A stretch of 64,000 nt of DNA from Micavibrio sp. Its GTDB lineage: Bacteria; Pseudomonadota; Alphaproteobacteria; UBA2400. Of this stretch, positions 30,752-39,938 are shown in pieces. The DNA is taken from assembly GCA_040376705.1 (NCBI GenBank), contig JBEIQE010000004.1:4255-68254 (forward strand), read 5' to 3'. The notes beneath the pieces were generated by a model that was not told where the DNA came from, did no database searches, and worked only from the letters and a program-made list of their open reading frames with translations. Position 1 is the stretch's first letter, and the number at the start of each line of letters is the position of its first letter. Both the position numbers and the translations under genes were made by a program.

Positions 30752-33086
30752 TGCGTTCGAAAAACTGATCTTCGGTAACCGCCGCCTTACGCTGGCGGTA
30801 CTGGCGATTATTACTCTCGGGCTGCTGTTTCAGGCAGCCTCCCTGCGTATTGATGCCGGCTTCGAAAAACAACTGCCGCAAGACCACCCCTATATGCAAA
30901 CCTTCATGGAGCATCAGGCGTTTGGTGGTGCTAATCGCGTTATGGTGGCCCTCGCCCCCAAGAGCGGCGATATCTTTACCAAAGAATTTCTGGCTACGCT
31001 CAAGGCTGCGACTGACGATGTGTTCTTCATTCCGGGCGTTGATCGCGCCCGCGTGAGTTCGCTGGTAACCCCGGATGTGCGCTTCATTGAGGTTGATGAA
31101 CAGGGCTTTGCCGGCGGCAACGTTATTCCGGCTGAATTTCAGGGCACGCCTGACGACCTGATCAAGGTACGCGAGAATACGCTCAAATCCGGTCAGGTTG
31201 GCCGCTTGGTGGCGAATGACTTTACCGCCGCCATGATCAGCGCCCAGTTGCTCGAGCGCGACCCGACGACCGGTAACCGGCTCGACTACATGGCTGTGGC
31301 CAGCAAGCTGAACGAGCTGCAGGGCAAGTATCCGGATGTAAACATCCACATCATCGGCTTTGCCAAAATGGTTGGTGATGTGGCGGCCGGTGCCAAGGGC
31401 GTTGCCATGTTCTTCCTCATTGCGGCGCTCATTACCTTTGTACTGCTGCTGTATTACTCGCGCTCGCTTAAATTCAGCCTCGTGCTCATCGCCTGTGCCA
31501 CCACTTCGGTTGTCTGGCAGCTCGGCGTTATGGTCACGCTCGGTTATGGCATCGACCCGATGTCCATTCTGCTGCCCTTCCTCATCTTTGCCATCGCCGT
31601 GAGCCATGGCGTGCAGATGATTACCGCCGTCAGTGCCGAAATGGCCGTGCCCAATACCACCTCGCTCGAAGCCGCTAAAAGCGGCTTCCGCCGCCTGCTC
31701 GGCCCCGGTACTTCTGCCTTGATGACAGATGTTGCAGGCTTCCTCACTCTGGCACTTATCACTATCCCCATGATCCGCGAGCTGGCCTATACCGCGGCGC
31801 TGGGTGTGGGCGTTATTCTGGTCACCAACCTTGTGCTGCTACCTGTATGGCTTTCTTATCTGGCTATCCCTGCCAATACCGAGAAACAGCGGCACCATAT
31901 TGAACATGGGCACGAGAAGCTATGGCGCACCATGGGCGGCCTTGCCCGCCCACGTAATGCCATGATGCTTATTCTCTTCTCCCTCGCCTTGGGCGTATGG
32001 GGCTGGCAACAAAGCGCGCGTATGGTGATTGGCGATACCGAGGCTGGCGCACCGGAATTCCATGCTGACAGCCAATACAACAAGGACGCCGCGTATATCA
32101 CCAGCCGCTTCAGCATTGGCACCGACATTCTGAATGTGATTGCCGAAGCCCCAAGCAGCGGCTGCGTTGAGCCGGATGTGGTGAATTACATCGACGCCTT
32201 CGAATGGCACATCCGCAATATCGAAGGCGTACACTCAAGCATCAGCCTGCCACAGGCCATGAAGATTGCTGCCAGTGGCTGGAACGAGGGGAACCTCAAA
32301 TGGCGCGCCCTGCCGCTTTCAATCGGCGCAACGGATGATGAACGCGCACGTAACCAGTCACTCCTCACGCAGGCATCGCGCCCGATTGAAACCTCAACCG
32401 GCCTGCTGAACGCCGATTGCTCGGTCATGCCCATCATGTTCTTCCTGACTGATCACAAAGCCGAGACGATTGACCGTGTGACAGACGGTGTTGAGGCGTG
32501 GCTGGCGGCCAACCCGTTTAAAGCGCGTGAGGGGGTAGATGTCCGCCTGCGGCTTGCAACCGGTAACGCAGGCGTCATGGCCGCCACGAATGACGCCGTT
32601 CGCGCGGCTGAAAAGCCGATGCTTTATGCAATCTACCTTGCGGTTGCTGTTCTCTGCTTCATTACCTTCCGCTCGATTAAAGCGGTTATCTGCTGCCTGC
32701 TGCCGCTTGTGCTTGTTTCAGTGCTGGCTAACGCGATGATGGCCACCATGGGTATTGGCCTTAAGGTGGCCACCCTGCCTATCGCTGCCCTCGGTGTGGG
32801 TATCGGTGTTGATTACGGCATCTATATCTTCAGCCGCCTGCAAATCCATCTCAAAAATGGCGGTACGCTGGAAGATGCATGGGTAAGTACCCTGCGCGAA
32901 ACTGGCCATGCGGTGCTGTTTACCGGCCTCACGCTGGCAGCTGGCGTAAGCACGTGGATATTCTCGGCACTCAAGTTCCAGGCGGATATGGGGCTGATGC
33001 TCAGCTTCATGTTCATCCTGAACATGCTGGCCTCCATCATCCTCATTCCGGCAATTGCGAGCCTTATTATTCGTCCCAAGAAGTAG
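30741..33086 (+). CDS. RND-superfamily (MMPL-like) transporter
   Basis: 12 TM helices with two large periplasmic loops. The start is reset to MLANAFEKLIFGNRRLTLAVLAI, which overlaps the upstream stop by 11 nt. Confidence 0.8.
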   Translation: MLANAFEKLIFGNRRLTLAVLAIITLGLLFQAASLRIDAGFEKQLPQDHPYMQTFMEHQAFGGANRVMVALAPKSGDIFTKEFLATLKAATDDVFFIPGVDRARVSSLVTPDVRFIEVDEQGFAGGNVIPAEFQGTPDDLIKVRENTLKSGQVGRLVANDFTAAMISAQLLERDPTTGNRLDYMAVASKLNELQGKYPDVNIHIIGFAKMVGDVAAGAKGVAMFFLIAALITFVLLLYYSRSLKFSLVLIACATTSVVWQLGVMVTLGYGIDPMSILLPFLIFAIAVSHGVQMITAVSAEMAVPNTTSLEAAKSGFRRLLGPGTSALMTDVAGFLTLALITIPMIRELAYTAALGVGVILVTNLVLLPVWLSYLAIPANTEKQRHHIEHGHEKLWRTMGGLARPRNAMMLILFSLALGVWGWQQSARMVIGDTEAGAPEFHADSQYNKDAAYITSRFSIGTDILNVIAEAPSSGCVEPDVVNYIDAFEWHIRNIEGVHSSISLPQAMKIAASGWNEGNLKWRALPLSIGATDDERARNQSLLTQASRPIETSTGLLNADCSVMPIMFFLTDHKAETIDRVTDGVEAWLAANPFKAREGVDVRLRLATGNAGVMAATNDAVRAAEKPMLYAIYLAVAVLCFITFRSIKAVICCLLPLVLVSVLANAMMATMGIGLKVATLPIAALGVGIGVDYGIYIFSRLQIHLKNGGTLEDAWVSTLRETGHAVLFTGLTLAAGVSTWIFSALKFQADMGLMLSFMFILNMLASIILIPAIASLIIRPKK

Positions 33087-33300
33087 CTTTTGGTAATTTG
33101 TAGAGTTTGATACAAAGCCAGCAAAACATACCTAAGCATAAAAAGGCGAATAATGCCGACAAAGCAGCCAACAATGCAACACGCTCAAATGTCATGCCGC
33201 CGCTTGCTTCCATCCATGCGTAGAATACAAAACATACAGCCGCATAGGCGAATCCTAAGAGAGATATAAGCAGCCCAAGCCATATCTTTAATTTCTGCAT
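33067..33300 (-). CDS. small two-TM membrane protein, hypothetical
   Basis: 77 aa, very hydrophobic, 7 nt downstream of fhs and convergently overlapping the RND 3' end by 20 nt. Confidence 0.4.
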   Translation of the reverse strand: MQKLKIWLGLLISLLGFAYAAVCFVFYAWMEASGGMTFERVALLAALSALFAFLCLGMFCWLCIKLYKLPKATSWDE

Positions 33301-33307
33301 GGAATAC

Positions 33308-34951
33308 CTATCCGCCCATCAAGCCGGTAACACGGCCATCAGCATCCACATCAATACGCTGTGAAGCTGGTACTTTGGGCAGACCCGGCATGAGTAACAA
33401 TTCGCCCATAATCGCAACTACAAAACCAGCTCCGGCCGAAAGGCGCAAGTCGCGCACGCGCATGCGAAAATCGCGCGGCGCCCCCAGCAGGCTCGGGTCA
33501 TCCGAGAAGCTGTATTGGGTTTTGGCGATGCATACGGGCAAGTTGCCATGCCCTGCTTTAGTAAAGCGCGCGATCGAGGCCATGGCTTCGGGACTGAACT
33601 CGACCTCGCCAGCCTTATAGGTTTTCATGGCAATGGTTCGTATTTTCTCATCCAGCGGCATATCATCCGGATACAGCAAGCGTAGCGGGCAGGCCTCGGC
33701 ACTGGATTTGATCACTGCTTGAGCCAGTTCAACTGCACCTTTACCGCCTTCTGCATAATGCGTGGCCATAACGCAGGGAATGTAATTGCGCTTGCACCAC
33801 TTCAGCACAGTCTGAATTTCGTTATCGCTGTCAGTCGCAAAGCGGTTAATCGCCACTACTACAGGCAGGCCATAAAGTTGCAGGTTATTGCAGTGGCGTA
33901 GCAGGTTAGGCATGCCGTTATCGAGTGCGGGGACATTCTCTGTCGCCAGTTCATCTACCTTCTGACCGCCGTTATATTTAAGCGCGCGAATGGTCGCCAC
34001 AACAACGGCGCATACGGGGTTATAGCCTGCGTTACGGCACTTGATATCAAGGAATTTTTCAGCGCCGAGATCGGCACCAAAACCTGCCTCGGTAATCACC
34101 CAATCGGCCAGCTGCAAAGCCGTGCGCGTTGCGATTACAGAGTTACAACCATGCGCGATATTGGCAAACGGCCCACCATGAATAAGTGCGGGCGTGCCCT
34201 CAGCGGTCTGCACCAGATTGGGTTTGATTGCATCCTTCAGCAGTGCCATCAACGCACCGGTTGATTTAAGAGCGGCCACAGTAACAGGCTCGGTGCCGTT
34301 CCAGCCAATGACAATCCGCTCGAGCCGAGCGCGCAAATCATCGGCATCTTTAGCCAGGCACAGCACCGCCATAATTTCGGAAGCGGTTGTAATATCAAAC
34401 CCGCTCTCACGCGGTACGCCTTGTGTTTTACCGCCAAGGCCCAACACGACGTTGCGCAAGGCGCGGTCGTTCATGTCCAGCACACGACGCCAAGTAATAC
34501 GGCGGGCATCAATATTGCCCAGCGTGCCGTAATGCAGCGCATTATCAATCAGCGCGGCAATCAGATTATGCGCGCTGGTCACAGCATGAAAATCGCCAGT
34601 AAAATGCAGGTTGATGTCCTCGGCTGGCTCAACCGTGGCCTTGCCACCACCGGTCGCCCCACCCTTGGCGCCAAAACACGGGCCCACACTCGGCTCACGC
34701 AAGGCAAGAGCAACCTTATGCCCAAGCTGGCTCATGGCATCGCCAAGACCAATGGTGGTGGTGGTCTTGCCCTCGCCTGCTGGCGTTGGGTTTACAGCAG
34801 TTACCAGCACCAGCTTGCCCTCGGGCTTACCGGCAAGGGATTTGAGGAATACGCGCGAAAGCTTGGCCTTATGCTGGCCGTAAGGCTCCAGTGCATCGGC
34901 AGGAATATTAAGTTTGCCGGCTATCTCGGCAATCGGCTTGAGAATCGTCAT
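33308..34951 (-). CDS. fhs: formate--tetrahydrofolate ligase
   Basis: 547 aa with the P-loop TPAGEGKTTTTIGL and conserved FTHS family blocks. Confidence 0.93.
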   Translation of the reverse strand: MTILKPIAEIAGKLNIPADALEPYGQHKAKLSRVFLKSLAGKPEGKLVLVTAVNPTPAGEGKTTTTIGLGDAMSQLGHKVALALREPSVGPCFGAKGGATGGGKATVEPAEDINLHFTGDFHAVTSAHNLIAALIDNALHYGTLGNIDARRITWRRVLDMNDRALRNVVLGLGGKTQGVPRESGFDITTASEIMAVLCLAKDADDLRARLERIVIGWNGTEPVTVAALKSTGALMALLKDAIKPNLVQTAEGTPALIHGGPFANIAHGCNSVIATRTALQLADWVITEAGFGADLGAEKFLDIKCRNAGYNPVCAVVVATIRALKYNGGQKVDELATENVPALDNGMPNLLRHCNNLQLYGLPVVVAINRFATDSDNEIQTVLKWCKRNYIPCVMATHYAEGGKGAVELAQAVIKSSAEACPLRLLYPDDMPLDEKIRTIAMKTYKAGEVEFSPEAMASIARFTKAGHGNLPVCIAKTQYSFSDDPSLLGAPRDFRMRVRDLRLSAGAGFVVAIMGELLLMPGLPKVPASQRIDVDADGRVTGLMGG

Positions 34952-34982
34952 GCCCGCAGAATAGCGGTTTTATAAGTTTGCG

Positions 34983-36119
34983 CTAGGCAGCAGGACGGCT
35001 GAAATCAACCTTAGGCAAGGTGAACAGGTTTTGCAGCAGTGCATCAAGATCGGCATCGTCAATCGGCGTGCAGTCCTCAAACACGGCGGCCAGCACATCG
35101 GCCTGATAAGCCGGACGGCCAATCGCCTCGCCGCTGTAATCACTCTCGCGCCAGACATGCAGCGCGGCCTTGAAGGCTGGCAGCAGCGACATCTGGATAT
35201 CGCAGCGGCGCATTAGCGCGGGCAGGCCCAAGGGGCCGCGGTCACGCAGCAGCTCGTCAATCGCCAGCATTGGTAAGCGGCCACGAACCGCTAGACCAAT
35301 ACGGAAGATGCTTAACTCGCCCGCGCACAAGGCCCGGAACAGGAAGGATGGTGTAAGCTGCTCAGCCGCATCAAGGCGGCGCAGGAATGGCTCGAGCTGG
35401 TCAATCCGGTCACTGATCGGCTGGATCAGCTCAACCATGGCCGCTTCACGGCCCTGACGCACCAGCTGATCGATCTGGTCATGCGGCAGCTTATGGGTTT
35501 CAACCAGATAATTACGAACACCGAGGGAGACGAGGCCTACCAACCGCTCTACCAGTGCAGCAGTGAGGTCGGCGCGATGCGCCATGGCGTTGCTGACAGC
35601 GGTAATCAGGCCATAGCGGTCGAGCACGGCGGTAAGAGCCGAATCACTCACTTTGGCGGTAGAATTACCCATTAAAACAGCAATCGCTTTTACGTTATCG
35701 GTGCTGATTACCGCATCCGACACGGCTTCGGAGAGGTGCTTACGGCCAGCTACCGCCAGCGCTTTGCGCGGCTCGGCGTTATCCAGCACTTCAATCAGCA
35801 TTTCGTCATCCAGCGGCGCATAACGCAGAATCGGGAATGCCACGGTGCCGATGTCATGCGCCAGCTGGTCAGCGATTTCAGGGGTTAGCAGCGGGCTGTG
35901 GGCTATCTGCCAGGCAATCGCCTGACGCACTGCCACTTCTGCATCTCTGGAAAGGCGGGAAATAATCTCGTTTGCCAGCGCCATTTCGGCTGGGTCATCC
36001 TTGATATGGCTGGCATCGGCCATGATCTTGGCAGCAATCTCGATCTTGTTCTGCGGTGTTGGCTGGGCCAACAGACGCTCAACATCCTTTGAGGATAGCT
36101 TCTGGCGCATGCCGAACAT
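34983..36119 (-). CDS. DUF2336-like HEAT/ARM-repeat protein (paralog 2)
   Basis: N-terminus MFGMRQKLSSKDVERLLAQPTPQNKIEIAAKI parallels the 11880..12992 copy. GGAG lies 7 nt upstream of the chosen ATG. The gene sits at the edge of the Flp/Tad locus. Confidence 0.55.
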   Translation of the reverse strand: MFGMRQKLSSKDVERLLAQPTPQNKIEIAAKIMADASHIKDDPAEMALANEIISRLSRDAEVAVRQAIAWQIAHSPLLTPEIADQLAHDIGTVAFPILRYAPLDDEMLIEVLDNAEPRKALAVAGRKHLSEAVSDAVISTDNVKAIAVLMGNSTAKVSDSALTAVLDRYGLITAVSNAMAHRADLTAALVERLVGLVSLGVRNYLVETHKLPHDQIDQLVRQGREAAMVELIQPISDRIDQLEPFLRRLDAAEQLTPSFLFRALCAGELSIFRIGLAVRGRLPMLAIDELLRDRGPLGLPALMRRCDIQMSLLPAFKAALHVWRESDYSGEAIGRPAYQADVLAAVFEDCTPIDDADLDALLQNLFTLPKVDFSRPAA

Positions 36120-36423
36120 GATCGAACTCCATTTACTGATTTCCCGCACCTTCAGTTTCCCCCTAAAAGGCAAAGCAGGGGTTAATACGGCCCCACTCTG
36201 TTAGCGTATTGTCGTTAACAGGCGGCGTTTTGGGCTAAACCCATGAATAAGAGATTAATTCCCATGGGTGATGTTAATGATTATTCATATTTGAACGCAG
36301 GTTTTATTGTTTCACTGCAACAGGTGGGCATGTCTGACCACACAGTCATAATTAGGCAAGGATTAGCGGGTTACAGCAATAGCTGAATCTGTTACTGATT
36401 CAGTACGTTAACAGGAGTTTCCA

Positions 36424-37848
36424 ATGGCCTTTCGCAAGTCGCCGCTTTTAACCACCGCGGCCAGCCTTATCGCTCTTACCGCCCTTTCAGGTTGCGCAAG
36501 CAGTCCCTTCGCCAGCCGCGAGCCGCTTACGGCTGAATCACACAACGCCATGAATTATGATGAGGCCATGAAGCGCGGTGCCGTTGCTCTGGCCGATCAA
36601 GACTTTGCTGAAGCCTCGAAGAACTACATGCGCGCTTCTGAATACAAGCCGGAAGACGTGCAGCCGCTCATCGCGCTGGCCGATGTTTTGTGGCAGGAAA
36701 AGAAGGCTGCTGAATCAGCCAAGATCCTTGAGCATGCGCATCGCCTTGATGCCAATAACGATACCGTGCTGCGCAATCTCGGCCGTGCCTACGTGGCCCT
36801 GAACGAGCCCGTTAAGGCGCAGAACGCCTACCTGAACGCGCTGCAGATTGACCCCAATAGTGCCCGTACGCTTAATGGCCTTGCCATTTCCTACGATCTC
36901 GCTGGCGATCATGAAACGGCGCAAGAGCACTACCGCGCCGGCCTTGCGCTTGAGCCGAACAATGTCGACATCAAGAACAACCTTGCCTACTCGCATCTGA
37001 CCGCCAAGAACTATAACGAAGCGATCAAGATTCTTGAAGGTCTGGTCAAGCATCCGGCTGCAACATCACGCCAGCGTAATAACCTCGCCCTCGCCTATGG
37101 CCTTGTTGGCCGCGATGAAGATGCGAAACTGGCCCTGGCTGTAGACCATGCCCCAGCGCAGGTTGAGCGGAACATCAAGACCTACGAGCAGATGCGCGGT
37201 GAGCCTACGCAGGCCCAATCGCTTACTGGCGTAGGCCGCCCCAACTTCGAGAACGGCAGCCTTGCCACTGTTGAGCCAGAGCCGCAGCCGATGATGGCGA
37301 CACCGCCGCGCTATGTCAGCGCCACTGAAATTCCGGCCCCTCCCGGCGAAATGACCGGCGTGCCTGATGGGGCCGTACTGGTCAAACCGCAGGCTCCTGA
37401 AGTTGAAGCACCTAAGCCTGCAGCTACAGAGCTCCCTGCGCCCACAGCCACCACAGCCCGCTCGCAGCCGGTAACACCGGTACAGGCGCTGCTACCAACC
37501 CCAACCCGCGAACAGCCGGTTGAACTGGTTGCAGCAGCTCCCGCTCCGGCCGCAGTTGCCCCGGCCACCAGCCAGCCCGCTGCCAGCCTCAGCGCACCAG
37601 CTGCTGCATCGAGCATGGGCAGCTCAAAGATTTATCTCGGTCGCTTTGAGAACGAAGGTCAGGCCCGTGAAGCCTGGATCAAGGTCTGGACCTCGAACAG
37701 CGCCAGTCTCTCAAGCCTAGTTGCCAGCATCGAACCGAATGCCGGTCAGATGGCCCTTTACGCTGTAGGCTCCGAAAGTGCCGAAGCTGCCAATGCCATC
37801 TGCCTGAAGCTGCGCCAGAACGGCATCAGCTGCGGCGTCGGCAACTAA
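36424..37848 (+). CDS. TadD-like TPR lipoprotein with C-terminal SPOR-like domain
   Basis: Lipobox LSGCAS; at least five TPR-like repeats; a Pro/Ala-rich linker; C-terminal ~75 aa (SKIYLGRFENEGQAREAW…ALYAVG.ESAEAANAICLKLRQNGISC) fit the SPOR RNP-like pattern. Confidence 0.65.
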   Translation: MAFRKSPLLTTAASLIALTALSGCASSPFASREPLTAESHNAMNYDEAMKRGAVALADQDFAEASKNYMRASEYKPEDVQPLIALADVLWQEKKAAESAKILEHAHRLDANNDTVLRNLGRAYVALNEPVKAQNAYLNALQIDPNSARTLNGLAISYDLAGDHETAQEHYRAGLALEPNNVDIKNNLAYSHLTAKNYNEAIKILEGLVKHPAATSRQRNNLALAYGLVGRDEDAKLALAVDHAPAQVERNIKTYEQMRGEPTQAQSLTGVGRPNFENGSLATVEPEPQPMMATPPRYVSATEIPAPPGEMTGVPDGAVLVKPQAPEVEAPKPAATELPAPTATTARSQPVTPVQALLPTPTREQPVELVAAAPAPAAVAPATSQPAASLSAPAAASSMGSSKIYLGRFENEGQAREAWIKVWTSNSASLSSLVASIEPNAGQMALYAVGSESAEAANAICLKLRQNGISCGVGN

Positions 37849-37986
37849 ACATAATAGATTCAGAATAGCGGCGGCGGGGCGACCTGCCGCCGTTTTTCTT
37901 TGCAATACACCTATGTAGTTTAAAGCACTAAGACAGCAGCACGGCTGGTAGCCATACTGCTCAGTAATAGCCGATGAAGTACTATC

Positions 37987-38934
37987 TTACTTGAAAGCGT
38001 CCTGCGCACGCAAAATGGCGGGCCCGATAAGCACGATGAACAGCGGCGGCAGAATGAACAAGATCATCGGCACGGTCATAATGGCCGGCAGACGGGCAGC
38101 TTTCTCTTCAGCCTTCATCATACGCTCGTTACGCATTTCAGCCGAAAGAACACGCATGGAAACTGCCAGCGGCGTACCATAACGCTCGGTCTGCACCAGA
38201 GTACTTACCAGCGAACGAACGCCGCCCAACGGGCAGCGGTCAGCCAGCCCCTGCAACGCCTTGGCGCGTTCAGGCATGAAGCTCAATTCAACTGATGTGA
38301 GACCAAACTCATCCGCCAGATCAGGATGTGCTTCAGTCAATTCATTTGCAACGCGTTCGAAAGTGGCATCAAGACTCAAACCAGCCTCAGCGCAGATAAC
38401 AAAAAGATCGAGCGCGTCAGGCAGTGACCGCGACATTGCCTTCATGCGCTTCTTTTTCTTGTTGTTCAGCATCATAGTCGGCAACAGGCCGCACACAATA
38501 CCGAACATAAGGGTGCCCATAAGCAGATTATTAGCCTTGGTGTCCCAGACACGCAGTACATAGAACAGGAAAAAGCCCAAAGCCCAGCCAGCAAGCGGCA
38601 GAACAAGACGCAAGAAAGTATAGATAAAGATAGCGTCTTTGGTGCGGTAGCCTGCCTGTGCAAGCTCAAGCGCGGTGCCTTTAGTACCTTCGCTTGGCAG
38701 CAGGTTGAACTTTTCGACCAGCCCCTTAGCCATAGCGCGAGCCTCGCCACCACGACCACCCTTGCCATCAACCATCTGTGTACGAAGGTCGGCACGGCGG
38801 CGCTCAAGCATACGAACGCGGCGATCTGCGCTGGTATCCTCGATCAGGCCAATCCAGAAAATGATAATTACCGCAAAGCTGGCCAGACCGAGCAGAACGG
38901 GAACAAGGTTTTCGCGGGTGAATAGTTCATTCAT
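37987..38934 (-). CDS. tadC: Flp pilus assembly inner-membrane platform protein TadC
   Basis: GspF/T2SS-F-like domain in a 315-aa membrane protein immediately downstream of tadB. Confidence 0.85.
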   Translation of the reverse strand: MNELFTRENLVPVLLGLASFAVIIIFWIGLIEDTSADRRVRMLERRRADLRTQMVDGKGGRGGEARAMAKGLVEKFNLLPSEGTKGTALELAQAGYRTKDAIFIYTFLRLVLPLAGWALGFFLFYVLRVWDTKANNLLMGTLMFGIVCGLLPTMMLNNKKKKRMKAMSRSLPDALDLFVICAEAGLSLDATFERVANELTEAHPDLADEFGLTSVELSFMPERAKALQGLADRCPLGGVRSLVSTLVQTERYGTPLAVSMRVLSAEMRNERMMKAEEKAARLPAIMTVPMILFILPPLFIVLIGPAILRAQDAFK

Positions 38935-39938
38935 ATTTCGAAGTTCACCATCTGATACATGATGTAGAAACCAGTAAACATAATGCCGAGGCCATAGCCC
39001 ATCATGCGCTGGCCACGCTCATCCATCCACAAGGCACTGGCGTATTCGCCATTCACCACATTAATAAGCATAAACATGAGGAACGGCAGCGAGCCAATGA
39101 TGTAGGCACTGGCACGGGCTTCTGATGACAAGGCTCTGATCTTGAGCTTCAGGGCTTTGCGCTTACGCAGAAGATCAGCCAGGTTGGAAAGCGTCTCAGC
39201 CAGGTTACCGCCGGTTTCGCGCTGAATGGACAGCGCTACAATCAGGAATTTGTACTCTGGCGCATCAATACGTTCAGCCACATCCCACATTGCCGATTCT
39301 ACCGACTGACCGAGCTTAACCGAGTCAGCAATACGACGGAACTCAATACCAATCGGATCCGGGAACTCGCGACCTACCGCGTTGACCGATTCAATAAACG
39401 GCAGACCCGAACGCAGACCACGTACAATAAGGTCAATTGCATCCGGGAATTCCTTCATGAACTTGTTCACGCGGCGATTACCAATAATGCTGATAACCTT
39501 AATGGGAATAACCAGGCCTATGAGCAGGCCCGTGAGCGCGCAAACGTGCGGCGCCAAGGGGGTAAACATCTTGAGCATAATGGCAACGCCCATGAACAGG
39601 CCAAGCGAAACAAGTGTGAGCTCGCCAATGGTAAAAGCCTTACCCGTGCGCTCGAGGCGAATACGGATTTTATCCGGATTAGGGAGAATGCGCTTGAGGA
39701 AAAGATCAAGACTCTCGATATCGGTGTAATGGAACTCACCACGGCGCACACTGCCACGGCCGCGCTTCTTGCTCTTGTCTTCTGCAACTTCTTCAACGCC
39801 ACGCTTGAGGCGCTTTTCAATTGCCTTGCTCGACGGACCAGTATCGCCAGTTGAAAGGCCAATACCAAGCACAACAACAATCAGGCCCACACCGAGCGCG
39901 ATGATAACCGGAACAAGTTCTGGACCAATACTAAACAT
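38931..39938 (-). CDS. tadB: Flp pilus assembly inner-membrane platform protein TadB
   Basis: 335 aa, T2SS-F-like; 4-nt-coupled to tadC and contiguous with cpaF. Confidence 0.85.
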   Translation of the reverse strand: MFSIGPELVPVIIALGVGLIVVVLGIGLSTGDTGPSSKAIEKRLKRGVEEVAEDKSKKRGRGSVRRGEFHYTDIESLDLFLKRILPNPDKIRIRLERTGKAFTIGELTLVSLGLFMGVAIMLKMFTPLAPHVCALTGLLIGLVIPIKVISIIGNRRVNKFMKEFPDAIDLIVRGLRSGLPFIESVNAVGREFPDPIGIEFRRIADSVKLGQSVESAMWDVAERIDAPEYKFLIVALSIQRETGGNLAETLSNLADLLRKRKALKLKIRALSSEARASAYIIGSLPFLMFMLINVVNGEYASALWMDERGQRMMGYGLGIMFTGFYIMYQMVNFEI

